Positions 1 through 16,657 are shown, counted from the first letter of the stretch. The stretch: 64,000 nucleotides of DNA from Eledone cirrhosa (GCA_964016885.1 OZ024750.1:1798001-1862000); one strand, 5' to 3'. Notes: a model not told the origin generated them from the sequence alone. Numbers and translations: made by a program.

Positions 1-528
1 TAGAACAGGGATGAGTTCTATGAGTTCTAGCTCTCTTCCCACATATGCAAGCATAGAATATCGGACATAAAAACAATGATTCTTTTATTATCTGAAGAAG
101 AGAGTGATGTAGGGCGGGATATCTGCTGTGTGTGGGGGGAGGGGTCAGTGCTTTTTCCTGGCTTCTAATAGTCATCAATCTTACTCTGCTCTCTGTCACT
201 AACTCCTTCCATAATAAATAATATAGAGTCAGCCTATATAGAGACAATGCTTTATAAATGATGTTGTTACAGTTAATTTTATATTTATTTAGAGCACCAT
301 TCGTCTACCGTCGGAAGTATTAATACATTGCAGCGAGTTGTGCAGTACGTAACTAATCTAATTAAAGGGAGGGAATCATAAAATGACTAAGTACAAAACA
401 AGGGGGGTAATCTAATATTGCTGAATAGTTTCTAAAAATAGGAAAAATGGAATATAGGTTAAACCGATAGTATGAAGATATATATATATAAAGATATATT
501 TATATATATATACATATACATATATATA

Positions 529-651
<123 letters not shown>

Positions 652-1590
652 GGTGGCTGCCAACTCGTTTTCGAGTACGGCCACTACTTTATATCCATGT
701 AGGAGAACCCCTACCGATGCGCTGAACGAGTGTGACTTTTTAGTCTAGCCAGCGACTTGAAAACTCTGGTACAAACACTACACCTGTGACAATTATTGAC
801 ACATAGTGCTGGGCCCATGGAACCAAGTGACGACAAATGCAGAGAGATCTCCAGATATAAAGCAATGCCTGTGCCGTGAAGCTTTTATAGTGATCAAAGG
901 TACTGCACAAAGCCAGTCCCACTCTCTTAACCAGGATGATATTTACCAAAAAGAAGAACAAGTCAACATCATTGGATACCATCAGGGTTGCAGGTGTTAT
1001 ATCAGAGTTTTCCTTCTCCTAGAATTCTACCTTGACAAAGGCTAAGGGGTCATCTCTCCCGGTGATTTTGGATGGCCATTGACTCTTAAGAGCTCAAAGG
1101 AGCTCTTAAGAGTCAATGGCCCTTTGACAGGTTTTGTTTTTAGTCCTGCAGGATGTCCATAGTCACCCGCCTCACCAAGAAACCTTGGTGGGGTTGCCAG
1201 TTTAGTCGCCAACGACCCAACCATGAGACAGGTTGTACTTGGATACATGTTACCAGTAGCACCAACTGGTGACCTGACATATGCATACATACATACATAC
1301 ATACATACATACATACATACATACATACAACATCACCATCCTCCGAGAAAACAACTCTATTCTGTCTCCCGGGGTCGCGGGGTAGCCAGGGCATTGGCTC
1401 CCATTTACTCATATTAGGAGAGCGGGAGAGCCGGACGCCGTGATAGTAGGAGTTTGGTTCCTTTGTGTTCGGACCTGGTGTATATATATTTATATACCGT
1501 ACTTACACACACACATACTTCCCCTACGTATTTATTATATAGCTCTTTTCTTTGTAACATATATACAAACGCACACACATACACAAAAAG

Positions 1591-1727
<137 letters not shown>

Positions 1728-3121
1728 GTATATTTGGAAATATACCGTATGTTTAATTTAAAACATTTTGAAGACCATACGCTATCAGTTTTAAAGAAGT
1801 GACAATGTCACTTCTTTTCTTCGACCCGATGGGCTTCTGCAGTTTCTGTGTACCAAATTCTACAGATAGACAGGCTTAGAAGCAAACACTTAAGATTACA
1901 TCTATTTATGTGTCTATTTTTGATTTGATATTTCCCATCACTTAGCTAAACTTGTCAATGACCAGGACAATGCAAGCTTTGCTCTTGACCTATAATTTTG
2001 GAAGTAGTTTTGAATTGATCATCAAATTAAACATTATTTTTTAATCTTTGTAGCCTTTGTTGTCTTTTAGTTTCTCTTTGTATCCGGAAGAAAGAAGGAA
2101 AAGTAATCTATAGGAATAAAGATAGCATTATGTATGGCCCCGTAACTCCTGGTGGTATGGTAGGGGTGCCGTATTGACACATGGCGGCGTTTATTATGCC
2201 TCTTTTAAAGCCTGGTGGAGCCCATCCCTCTCCAGGCCTGAGTACAGCAGATTTCTTACAGAGAGAGGAAGAATCGACCCCAGTACTAGACTGGTACTTA
2301 TTTATGGACTTCGAAAGGAGGAAAGGCAAAGTTAACCTCGGTGGGATTTGAACTCAAAGATCAGACAGCCAGAATGAATGACATAAAGCATTCTATCTGA
2401 CATTCTAACGACTCTGCCAATTCGCCTTATAATAAACATAATAACTTCCAGCAAATCCCACTCAGCAGAGCTTTCTTCATAGAAAGCAGAACCATGGCAG
2501 TGAAAAAAAAATAAAATAAATAAAATAAAGTTAAATTAAACAAATACTTTTTTTAAGCTGATTTTAAAAATTCTCACCGTCCAGTTTAATTATAACTTAT
2601 TTTTAACGTATTGATGTTAATTTAAGACTTGTTAAGCCATTTTTGGAATACCGTATGTGTTCTACAAGAACAAAACAATAAAGTAGTCTTTGGAATTTGT
2701 TAGCACAAGTTTAAGAACTAAAGCTCAATTGGATAGTGAAAAAGATAACATTGTTTTAAAGGCTTTCTAGAAATAAACTTCTTAAGAGAGCTAAAATGAA
2801 CCATTATTACATAAGAATTATGCAAGTTTTATTTACACCGTCACAAGTTATACAAGGTTTCGTTTTAAATTTATCGTCAACAATGCACTAGCTGTCCAAT
2901 ATAAACTGCATCTTTGTAATTTACAGATATAATCCAACAATATATAGTAAAGTGGTTTGTAAACGTTGCTGCTTAAAAAAAAGACAGAGATAATATGGAC
3001 GAAATTATATTATTTTAGAAGATAAGTTTATTTTCACAGCGGATGTCATGTAGATAATTAGCTTCCTTGTAAAATATCATCAAACAATTCATGTATGATT
3101 ATGGTCGTGTGTGTAGAATTC

Positions 3122-3221
<100 letters not shown>

Positions 3222-3261
3222 TATATAGGCATATGCTTATGCATGCGTTTGTTAATTTTGT

Positions 3262-3363
<102 letters not shown>

Positions 3364-4059
3364 GGGTTCAATCGGGGGTAACCACAGTAAGTAAGGTACT
3401 CAATACATAGCAGAGTATAAATATTTAATATAGAAATGGCTTCTACAGGACTAGAACTGTTTCATTCGAAGGAAAAATCATTAGGAAAGCCCTTTCCTGA
3501 TTGCCTTCGAATATATATGAATCATAAGCAATGATGTAGTGACATTTGTAACGTAATGAAAGTGACTAAAGAGATGAGATAACAACTAGAATGCTAGTAA
3601 TTTGGAAAATTATGGAAGTTAGTGGGAAAAGATGAGGACAAAACATGACATCTTGAGGATTATTGCGAATAAGCAGACTAGTAAATTGGGAAGTTTATTG
3701 CTAAATTTGAAACGCAAGTGATGGATGGGGTAAAACAAGAGGATGTAGTTTAATATTCCATCTTTCCATTACTCCATATTTTTACATATGTTTGTTCGGT
3801 TCTTTCGTAATTTAAACGTATGGAGAGGTACTGGATGGTTTCGTAATATATCCTTTAAAACCGCCATGCTTCCTGAGATTCGCCAACACTGCACCTGATG
3901 TCCACCCTCCATACACATGCACACTTGTATATCATGACTCGTACACTGTTTATTTTCCTGACATTTGTACATTATTATATGTTCTATACATGCACCTTTG
4001 ATGAGTTGTAGTGCACCTGAGAGTGTTCACAATAATTTCATTATTATTATATTTTTTAG

Positions 4060-4248
4060 CGCGGTGGATTAGCAGTATCGGTAGAGGGTCGGACGCCATG
4101 CTTGCTAGCATAGTTACGTCTCTTTACTGTCTGAGTTCAAATCCCGCCGAGGTTAACTTTGTCTTTCATCCTTACGGAGTCGATAAAATAAAGTACCAGT
4201 AATACACTGCGATAATTGCTGGCCTTGTGCCAAAAGTAGAAACAATTA
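4060..4248 (+). mobile_element. tRNA-derived SINE with Deu/Nin-like domain (about 20 copies in window)
   Basis: gagttcaaatcccgccgaggttaactttg...catcctt.cgg.gtcgataaaataaagtaccag. Other copies: 2270-2430 -, 5580-5885 +, 10175-10405 +, 12195-12380 +, 16838-17240 +, 20697-20885 +, 26300-26515 +, 27040-27165 +, 32700-32885 -, 41200-41330 -, 42038-42480 -, 43050-43215 -, 46818-47008 -, 52305-52510 -, 60215-60390 -, 61960-62148 +. Confidence 0.85.
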
Positions 4249-4440
4249 ATGCATTTTTCTTTTATAAGCAAATATATTTCAATAGATTTACACATTTGAA
4301 TCCAGAGAGGACAAAGAAACGAAAGAAATACCGAGACGTTGAATTGACGCCTTAACGACTCTGGCAATTTACCGTTAAATAATGTTTCGTATTATAGTAA
4401 AAATATATTGCATCCCGTAAATAACTAATCTATCTATCTA

Positions 4441-4550
<110 letters not shown>

Positions 4551-4551
4551 C

Positions 4552-4750
4552 ATAAGAAAATAGTCAGGACCCCAACGGCTGAGCTTCGGCCGTTTCGTCA
4601 GCTATCTCTGAGCTCAGAACTAGCTGTCGAAACGGTCGAAGCTCAGCCGCCGGGGTCCTGACTCTTTTCCTATTACTCACTCTACTACCCATGGTTTCGA
4701 GTACTCTGGTGCGTTATGATCCACCTGGTTCCTTACCACACTTCCTTAAT

Positions 4751-4752
<2 letters not shown>
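4552..4752. mobile_element. Fold-back Penelope-like pLTR-type element, family B
   Basis: Palindrome 4552-4673 plus a unique tail, flanked by microsatellites; homologues at 13820-13945 and 63874-64000. Confidence 0.65.
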
Positions 4753-4809
<57 letters not shown>

Positions 4810-4833
4810 TCATATACACAAACACACACATAT

Positions 4834-4911
<78 letters not shown>

Positions 4912-4958
4912 GTTTGTGTATATGAATATGTATATATAAATATATGTGTGTGTATATG

Positions 4959-5006
<48 letters not shown>

Positions 5007-5247
5007 GAAGAAATATATTAGTTCAACTCTTGATCTAGTAAGAAAGAAATCTCTTAACGTTTCAGACGCTAGTCGTTTATCAGATATATTCACATATCAG
5101 GGCTTTCCTACTAATTTCTTTTGAATGAAAGAGGTATAGTCCCGTAGAAGCCATTTCTATATTATTATTGATGTTTATACTCTACAGGGGTATTGAGTAC
5201 CTTACTTACTGTCGTTACGGCCAATTGAAACCGTGACCCCCCCCCCC

Positions 5248-5284
<37 letters not shown>

Positions 5285-6794
5285 TACACACATATACATA
5301 TATATATGCCTTCACACACACATATATATATATACATTATACATATATATGGAAGTTGAGCTATCAATTTAGTCTTTATTAAGTGTTTGATTCGGGATTC
5401 AACTGAATAACATTGATTATACAATACCTATGTAACAATATCCATTTTCACAAGAGAAGACATCTCTCACCTACCCTAAAGTGGGTGGGAGATCCCTCCC
5501 GTCGGACGGGGAGAGTTGACAGGTCTGGTAAGGCGCCGAAGTATACATAGGGTTTATATTATCTGGGGGACAGACTGAACGGGTAGAGCGTTGGACATGT
5601 TTTACGACATATAGTTACGACTCTTTACATTTGAAGTTAGTTTTGTCTTTTATCCGTACAGAGTCGATAAAATAAAGTACCAGTCAAATACTGGGGTCGA
5701 TATAATTGTCTTTCCCCTCCCCATAAATTTCTGACCTTGTTTCTAAATCAGAAATCATTATCAGTATGAGTTCAAATCCCGCCGAGGTTAACTTTGCCTT
5801 TCATCCTTACGGGGTCGATAAAATAAAGTACCAGTAATACATTGGGATAATTTCTGGCCTTGTGCCAAAAGTAGAAACAATTATTTTTATCATTGTTCTT
5901 TTGCTAAAATTGTAGAATCACTCAATATTGTAATAGTAATTTATTACATTATTACGGATAAAAGAGAAAAATAATTGAATAAATTTATTTTGCTTCAACA
6001 CCAAATAATTAATAACATTACAATAAATTACACTGTTATATCAATATATCTATTGCATCATTATAACTTTAAATATCATTATTGAAATTTTAATTAATGA
6101 AGCCAAAACATATATACAATGTTTGAGTGACAATTTCTCTCTTAGTTGACCTTTGTTATTAATATTAACTCTCTTAAGTAAAACATCAGTTACTTTCCTG
6201 ACCCTAGAGAATCTAACACGGCATTTCTCAACCCTTTTAAGATATTTGGTTGAAATAAGTGTTAGAATTAGAATTAGGGTTAGGAGTAGAGTAGATTCCC
6301 CCGCCCCTCCCTCTGTTGATCTCCGGCTTAACAACAAGCAAATATCTTTTTTACGCCCCCCCCCCCCCCTAATCTCATCTGCGTCGTCTTCTTGATGGTC
6401 AGGTGGTGGAGTTACAGCGGACGACCGAGATACTTCTCAGCAATGCTTGGACAGCCATCGTCTCTACCGACGAGGGATCGAATTGTTGGAACAAAGGAAT
6501 TGCCTACTCGTGAAATTAATATGTAAGAGGCTGAGCATTCCATAGGCGCACCATCAACGTAGTTCTCAGGGAGATTCAGAGTGTGACAAGGTTGGCCCTT
6601 TTGAATTACAGGAGTAATTAATATATTTTCAGCTGAGTGGATTGCTCAAGGACACAACACGCCACCTGCTCAAAGAATCGAACTTATAGCCTTACGATCA
6701 TGAGTCGAACAACCTGACCGCAAAGCTAGTATGCATATGTATATATATATATATATATATACATATATATATCCATATATATATATACATATAT

Positions 6795-7560
6795 TAAAGA
6801 GTTAAACAAGATTCAATGAGTACATCAAAGAATGAGTTTTACAGTAGATTGGAAGCACTCTTCAAGAAAAATAATTTTCCAGTGTTATTAATATTAAAAT
6901 ACAAATATTAATAAAATAGATGTTCTTTTGATCAATTAAATTTGATTAAACATATTTCAGAGGTACAACAGTACGTCCTCATCAGACAAAATATAATGAT
7001 ACATGACATACCCTGATGTTAAATGGTTAAGATTTAATCAAGGTAGTGATTAACCTAAGAGAAAATTCAACATTTATACCCTAATAATGAGAAAATGCGA
7101 AAACGTAATAAATTCAATAGAGAATCTATGAGTAAGAAAAACGTTGGTTAATGTGACAGCTATAGAGATTTTAAAATGTGGGAAACTACAAGTTATGGTT
7201 ATCTAGGAAAACGTCTCATGAATTATAACTGTTTATGAAGGCCGCTGATAGAGGATTTAAAGAGAGGGAAAGATAAAGGGGAGTAATATATGCAGAAAAA
7301 GATTTTTTCCCTAAAAGCTAAACGGTTAAGTTTCAAAATATTTAATTCATGTTATTTTAAGGGTGAAGAATCAATTTACCGACACTCAAGTATATCAAAT
7401 AACTGCGCGCTCTGTACAATGGAGACCCTGTTGATTATTAATAACTATGAGACCCTAATTAACAAAAAAAGTGAATTATTCTCTAATTGCCTTCATAAAG
7501 CTACGTCTACATTCCTAGCCTCCCATAAGACCAGAAAAAAAAAGAGAAAAAAACACTAAG
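6795..7560. mobile_element. Penelope-like element remnant: hammerhead-bearing pLTR (-) and GIY-YIG C-terminus (+)
   Basis: Minus strand CTGATGA-GGACGTAC..GTACCTCT-GAAA at about 6945-6990; plus-strand peptide NNCALCTMETLLI...LINKKSELFSNCLH at about 7380-7500 matches the CxLCxxE...LNKRSExxxxCRH ending of PLE endonucleases. Confidence 0.7.
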
Positions 7561-7787
7561 CCATTAAACTTGGTTTTCAGACGTAAATAACCAACAGGGA
7601 AAAAACCTTAATGGCCTTTAATATTGCCTTATCTTATAACTATCTCTAGAAGGAATAACGCTCGAATGAATGACACTTGTTCAATAACACGCTGACACGT
7701 TGATATACATAACATAATATTATTAACTTTGATCCATACCATTATTTCTCTATCTTTATTTTCCTATCTAAGTTTTAATTTTAGTTT

Positions 7788-8325
7788 AAATATCCAACCT
7801 GTAAATTTTTACGGAACTTATTTTTAACTGTGAATCATTCATGCGTTTACTTTTTTTATTTATAATATGTATGTACTTATCTTTTGTAAGTTTTTAAATA
7901 TACCTACCTTTATTTTTCTATCCATGATTCAAATATAGAGCAAATATCCAACCTATATATTTTTACGGACCATATTTTGAACTGTGAATTATCCATGCAT
8001 TTATTATTTTTTTTTATATATGTATGTATTTAACTGTAGCACGTTGAAATATATTATATAAGATTATAATCGTTATCATTTACCAAAAGTGTAATGCATC
8101 ACTAATACTTAATATATCTCTCTATACCTAATTTTTAGATAACTTTTAAATTTTTAGATTATTTATTTTGAACTGTGAATAATTCATGCCTTTACACTCT
8201 TTTATATATATGTATCTATTTAACTTTAGCATGTTTGAATCTATTATTTTATATTCGTTATCATTTACCTAAAATATACTGGCTCATTAATATTTAATAT
8301 ATCTCTCTATACCTAATTTTTATTT
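7788..8325. repeat. Degenerate 150-190 bp tandem units; inverted homologue at 19960-20358
   Basis: Recurring aactgtgaat..t.catgc motif. Confidence 0.6.
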
Positions 8326-8513
8326 TTGCAAATAAGTGTATCTGTATAATAACATAATCTTATTATTAGTTACGTATATCTCAGCTTTTAGTTGGGTTTT
8401 TTTTTTGCATATATATCTATAGTGTATTATAACATAATTACCGTTTAGTTTTACGTATAGTTTGTAAAATATATAGTTTGTGCAAATATAGATATTTGTA
8501 CAATAGCGGTGGT

Positions 8514-8585
8514 AAGCAGCTAGTCAGTAGGTAGAGCAGAGGACTGTAGTTTGTTAGGTCGATGATTCGAATCCGCCTAGTAACT
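8514..8585 (+). pseudogene. tRNA-Tyr(GTA)-like pseudogene or SINE head
   Basis: ggtagagcagaggactgtag...taggtcgatgattcgaatccg resembles eukaryotic tRNA-Tyr; acceptor stem not intact. Confidence 0.5.
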
Positions 8586-9494
8586 GAGGGTTACAATAAG
8601 TGTTAGAATTAGGAGTAAAGTAGAGAAATAGATATTAATAAGGGTACATTAGGTTTTTTTTCTTCCGTGAGACATGAAAAATATTCCAAGAGTTTAACAA
8701 GGACAAAAGGGTTGAGAAATCCGTGTTAGATTCTCTGGGGCCAGGAAATTAACTGATGTTTTACTTAAGAGAGTTAATACGAATAACAAAGGACAACAAA
8801 GGATATACTAAGGATTTTCCAATAATATGATGTACGTGTACAATAATATTACGACTATAAAATTAAAGAAAATTACTGAAAAATACATTACCTTGTTCAT
8901 CAGTTTCTCGCGGAAACACTAATGACCCCTTGCAGAACCCTAGGGTTCTGGGAAACACCTGTTGAGAAACGCTGATCCAACATACCACAGTAAATGACTA
9001 AATACTGATTGTGGTAATTAAATAACAAACAAAATGAATATATAAGTATATGCATGGCTTAAATGACTTTATTGTAATACAATTGTATCATATTATTTAA
9101 ATATTTCTTTCTGACATTGGCACAAGACCGGAAATTTGAAGGAAGTGAAAAGTTGATAACTCGACCCCAAAATTGCCCTGAGTCAGAACAGAACTCAGAA
9201 CCTAAAGATCGAAACCAAGTACTGTAAAACATCTGTCCAATACTAAAAACATTTCAAACTAACGCATCCTGAATCCACTACTTTCACATATCTTTGCTAT
9301 TTCCTAATGTACTCAATATAATATTCTTAATTCTACGGTTTCTTTTCCCTAATTAGAATTTCTGTAGATAGTTAATGTCATCGGCAAAATGCTGAAGAAT
9401 AAAGGATGGTGTCCTACGGGGTATAATATATTTCTGTTGACCAGAATAACGATGTGTCTTTATTGTACTGTATCATATTTGACTAGTGAAGTTG

Positions 9495-9815
9495 CGTGGA
9501 TTTGTGGTTTGAATATTCTGTTTACAATTGTAAAGTTATCAGATCTATTGCCGGCAGCACGTCGTGTCCTTGCGCAAGACATTTTATTTCATGTTGCTCC
9601 AGTCCACTCAGCTGACAAAAATGAGTTGTACCTGTAGTTCTCAAATATCCAACCTTGTCACATTCTGTGTCACGCTGAATGTTCCTAAGAACTACCTTAC
9701 GTGGGTACACGTGTTTGTTGAAAGCTCAGCCACTTGCACGTTAATTTCACGAGCAGACTGTTCTGTTGATCGGATCATCTGGAACACTCATCGTCGTAAC
9801 CGACGGAGTGCCTCA
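9495..9815 (+). mobile_element. Second tRNA-derived SINE family
   Basis: Core gtgtccttg.gcaagac...ctccagtccactcagctg; copies at 6460-6730 -, 11590-11740 +, 43230-43320 -, 45300-45390 -. Confidence 0.75.
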
Positions 9816-10733
9816 GTCATCATATTTGACTACATGAAGTATAGTTACAGCAGGTTTGACGCACATAAGATTTGAACACATGACAGTGAAGCAAGTGACA
9901 AAACATTTCAAACTAACGCATCCTGAATCCACTACTTTCACATATCTTTGCTATTTCCTTCTTTACAGAAAGAAAAACAAGGAATGACAAGGTATTTCCT
10001 GTAGGATTTACGATGTAGGATGAAATGACTGGTGAGGAGCGATCTTGGTTTTATCGTTTGTCAACGTCACAAATATTCTAAAAGAAACACACCAAACATC
10101 ACGTATAAAACAACATACATTTATAACTTCTCATACCTTCCGCAAGTTTCCATCAATATATTATTAGGTCATAGGGCGGTAGATTGGTAGTATCAGAAGT
10201 GTGGCACACCCTACCTCGCGGCATCGAGTTATGGCCCTTTACGTTCTAAGTGCATCAAATCCCGTCGAGGTTATCTTTGCTTTTCATCTTTACGGGGGTC
10301 GATAAAATAAACTATATGTCATGAACTGGGTCGATTTAATCGACTTTCCTCTCCCCTCCCCTCCTCCAAAATTGCTGGCCTTGTACCCTAAAACAGAAAC
10401 CAATATATTTCTATGTCGTTTTCTGTCTATCTTTGTCTCTATTTCTTTCATTCTTACACTATTTCTACCTATTTCTTTGCTAATAAGATTCCTTTCATTT
10501 GCTGAGGGTGTGAATACACCCTCGAAATATTATCGCCAAAATTCTCGAAATATCGCCAAAATTCTTTATTGAGCTTCAGTATTTCACATATAAAATCCCT
10601 AAAAACGTCATTATGGAGCACCTATGACACCCTCAGAAGTTACGGGTTCATACATACTGTATGTATAAGATGTATAAGATGTATAAGAGTGTGTGTGAGT
10701 GCGCATGTCTGCATGTGTATGTGTGTGTGTGTA

Positions 10734-10781
<48 letters not shown>

Positions 10782-13697
10782 TGTGTGTAGGTGTGCGTTT
10801 CTATTTTTATCTCTCTGTACATCTATCTATCTATCTTGTATGTATTTTCTTTTTAATTTTATGCATCAATATGTACATCGTTTTCAAATACTTGAACGCT
10901 CACGTGCATACTTGCACATTTATTGACATTTAGGAGTGACAAATAGTTTTATATCAACAATGTCACGATCCAACCTTTTCCTCCGGAGCATTAGTGAATG
11001 ACACGTTGGCGTGTTGTTTGCTTTCGATGATTGAGAGAAATGAGGACAGCTCGAGTAGATAAACAGTTACCAGCGGAGAGAGAAAGAGTGAAGACGAGTA
11101 AGAGAGAAAGTGGGAATGGGAGGTGGAAAATGGCATATAGAAGAAAATGAGAGAGAGAACGAGAGGGGGGAGAATGGGGCAGTATGAGAGTGGGGAAGAG
11201 AGTGCGGCAATATGGGAGAGAGGGGGAAGAGAATGGGCCAATATGAGAGAGGGGGAGAGAATGGGCTAATATGAGAGAGGGGGAAAAAACAATTGTTATT
11301 TCGTGATAAAAGAGTGCATCCGATGGATGGACATAACAAGATGTCCCCTCTTACGACCCGAACTTTAAATGTACGACTTCTCGGTCGAGCTTTGAATGGC
11401 TAAGTTTTAGCATTTCTACGCAATCTTGTCAAATGTTCAATAAGTCAACTTTTCGAACCAATTGACCGTATATTCGTAATTTCTTAGTTCAGTTCAGGCA
11501 CGTATCATTTACCGTAGCCTCGGGCCGAGTCATGTCCTGTGAGTGAAATTGTGGAGACGGAAACTGTGTGGAAGCCCGTACGATGGACTGTAGTTGTAAT
11601 TCAAAAGGCCAGTCTTTTCACACATTGTTTCACGCTGAATCCGATTGAAGATTACATTAAGGGTACACATGTCTGTGGAATACGCAGCCACTCACAAGTT
11701 TATTTCATAAGTTTGTCGTTCCATTGAACAATGTGAAAACTCACCTACAAAGCAAGGATGTCCATTTCTAGTACTTACAAATGTAATTTAGTAAATCGTA
11801 AACCTAATTAGAAATATTTAATCAGTGGGGAAAAGCCACTGATGTATATATTCGTCAATAATGGGAGTATTAATCAATTTGGCTTGTATAGAAAACATAA
11901 GGAAAAGTTTACAGTAATGAATAAATTAAAATAGATTATGACACAAGCTTTCATAGACATCGTACATCATCTGAAGACTGTCGTAAGAAACAAATTAATA
12001 AAAGAAACCAATGTTTTGAATGATGTTCTTGAGGTAATAGAATTCCAGTATATAATTGAAGCAAAGCATCTTTTACAGGCAACAACAGTCCTCGCTGGAG
12101 AAAGAATAAGATACAAATCACAGAAAAGGCAAAGTCGACAAAACCATAGGACTCTGTTGGAAACAAAGGATTGAATAGTGGTAATAGATTAGTGGATCGG
12201 GGATCGTCGGTAGAGGGTCGGACGCCATGCTTTGCAACAAAGAGTTACGACCCTTTATGATCTGAGTTCAAATCCCGCCGAGGTTAACTTTGCCTTTCAT
12301 CCTTATGGGGTTAATAAAATAAAGTACCAGTAATACACTTGGATAATTGCTGGCCTTGTGCCAAAAGTAGAAGCAATTATTATATAATTAATCACATTTT
12401 ATTTATAGATTCTTAAATAGTAAATAAAGGCAGGTTAAGGAGAAAGCATAGTTGTATTGTGAGAGAATTAGTATCATAAAACTGTTGCAATTTGGTGTTG
12501 ATCAAATCAAAAGAAATGGAGAGATGTGAGGTATGTGGACGAAAACGTAACTGCAAACAGCTCAAATAAGTGCACATGCATCGTGAAGTTTTTTACATCT
12601 TAAATCAAAATAACTATGGAGGGCGAAGCTGTAATTTCTATTTCAGTAAAAAATTATTCCATCATTACCATTTAGGAACAGATGATAGAATCAAACATCT
12701 GGAAGGGATTGAAGGAAATGGAAGTGACATCAGATTTGAGCAGACTATAACCATATAAAGAGAAGTTGTTCATTGTCTGTTTTTTTCATGTATAAAAAAT
12801 ACATATTTGCTGGAAAGGATTATGCTAAAAGGTATAATAATGTATTGAAGTTTTAACGGTAGCTTTAGTTAAGAAGGATTAGTTGAACATTGTTGTGTGA
12901 TGTAAATGAAATTGGACATAGCAACCACTGAAGAATAAAAATGAAAATGCGTTTAGATTTGAATCTGTGTAAATTCCAGCACTTCTTGAGACCATAATTT
13001 AATTTTAGAAGCGTCTTAAAAGCAGACAGAAAATATATGCTAGAAAGATTGTTATTAAAGAGATCAAATTCAAAGCAATATCAATATTAAGATTTTCTGC
13101 ACTCTCTTTATGTTAATGGGAAATAAACATTCTGCAATGAATTGGCTCACCGGAGTGTTGATAATATTAAACTGTTATTGATGGACTCCATATACGTTCT
13201 TAGTTCAAATCCCGTTGAAATTCACTTTGTCTTTCATCCAAAAAGTACCAGTCAGTAATTTTAGTAGATACAGATAGGGGAATTAAAAGAGAGTTTTGTG
13301 TGATAGACACAGAGAGGATGAGAGTTTGGTGGTAGTCTCGTGTCCCAAATAATAGGAGGGGTGGGATTAAGGGAGCTGCTTGGGAAATCAGTAACTGTAT
13401 TGTGTACGTTCGTAAATATGGGATTTCTTGTAATGTTCTTTTATCATATATAATGTTTGTTTTTTAATGTAAAATAAAATTATAATTAGATTCTCCAGCT
13501 ACTGTATCAATATGGATCAATTAAAATAAAATTATGCTGGAGATAGATTAGCAAAATGTAACATACGGGTTGGGTGTGGGGAAATAAAAACGGGGATGGG
13601 GATCTGAAAAATTAATAAGTGGTGGTGGTGGGGACGATTATTCAAGGTATGAGACTGCGGGAATCCTTGCTGGACGTAAGAATGAAAACTCAATACC

Positions 13698-13789
13698 TTG
13701 TTACTCTGGAGTTTCTCTTGCGAACTCACACGATCGTCAGATAAGACTGGTGATCCTGTGAGTGCGCAGGTGAAACTTTAGAGTAACAA
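13698..13789. repeat. Hammerhead-like fold-back palindrome
   Basis: About 43-bp imperfect arms with a 6-nt loop; CTG(G/A)(T/C)GA-T-CCTG..CAGG-T-GAAAC. Confidence 0.6.
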
Positions 13790-14041
13790 AGCTCGCCAAC
13801 AGCCATAATAAATGAGTGTTGAAACGGCCGGAGCTCAGCCGTCGGGGTCCGAACTCTTTTCCTATTACCCACTCTAATACCCTAAGTATCGAGTACTCTG
13901 GTGCGTTATGGTCTACCTGGTTCCTTACCACACTTTCCGTGTTTTATATATATATATATAGATAGATAGATAGATAGATAGATATTTGAAAAGGGAGTAA
14001 GGCTCTATACAAAACAGGGCTTATAGAGAAACGGTGTAAGT

Positions 14042-14866
<825 letters not shown>

Positions 14867-15584
14867 ACTGGCGGGAGGGCAGGAGGCAGGTTCCCCCTCC
14901 CCTTAATAATTATAATTTTCTCCCCAAACTACCAAAACACACATCTATCTGGATATTCACTACAATTTATGTAAATGTTATTTTTATCCCATATCGAAGT
15001 GTTCTGACCATTTTAATGTGCAAAGAGCTAAACTGATGACTTCAACTAAATTGACTCAACAGGAACAGGAACACTGAACAGGATAGAAATTATGTATGTT
15101 ATGAACGTCATTGTCTAATTTATATTAACGTCAAACATTGATATCTCTAAGGATATTTAAATAAATTTAAGGTAAAAGACTAATTGTGAACAATATCTTT
15201 TGCATTTGCATTTATATTCTATATCCATACCTGCATTGTTTTGGCTTTACAAATACAAACGTTTATACCTCATTACACAATGCTTCAAGTGAACTATAAC
15301 TTCCTCCTATATATATATATTAGAAAAGAGAAGTCCGGTTCTATACAAAACAGTGGGTATAGAGAAAAGATGAAGTTGGAAATAGCACGGGAGATATATT
15401 TAAGGGTTTTTATTTTTTTTGATTTGTCAAACTGACATTATTGAAAAGATAATGTTATTAAAAAGATAATGTTATTATAAAAAGAGAGGGACAATTCTTT
15501 TTTGGAAATTTGTTTATGAAGTATATAAAGTGTATGAGAAAATTACCGGTTTCGATGTATTAAAATCCATCTTGTCAAATACAG

Positions 15585-15621
<37 letters not shown>

Positions 15622-15632
15622 GATATTAAACA

Positions 15633-16165
<533 letters not shown>

Positions 16166-16220
16166 GCGGGTACATATATTGCTGGATTGATGGATAGATA
16201 GATAGATACATAGATAGACA

Positions 16221-16308
<88 letters not shown>

Positions 16309-16657
16309 TATAGAGAGAGAGTGAGAGTGAGAGAGAGAGAGAAAGAGAGATAGGTAAATAGGTAGATACTAGTAGGTATATATATATGTATATATGTAGG
16401 TATATATATATGTATATATGTAGGTATATATATATGTATGTATGTATGTATATATATGTATGTATGTATATATGTAGGTATATATATATGTATGTATATA
16501 TGTATGTATATATGTATGTACCTCTCCATATCACCCTATCTCTCTTTCTCTCTGTCAATCTTTTCTGTATGTCTCTCTCTCTCTCTATCCATCTTCCTAT
16601 CTATCTATCTCAGGAAAATATATTAAGTATTATCCTCATCATCATCGCCGTCGTCAC

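Noticed and set aside
8514-8585. Functional tRNA-Tyr gene
   Set aside because: Acceptor and T stems are disrupted; kept only as a pseudogene.
11930-13130. Possible decayed Helitron Rep region (VLEVIEFQ)
   Set aside because: Only one short motif resembles Rep; too weak to call.
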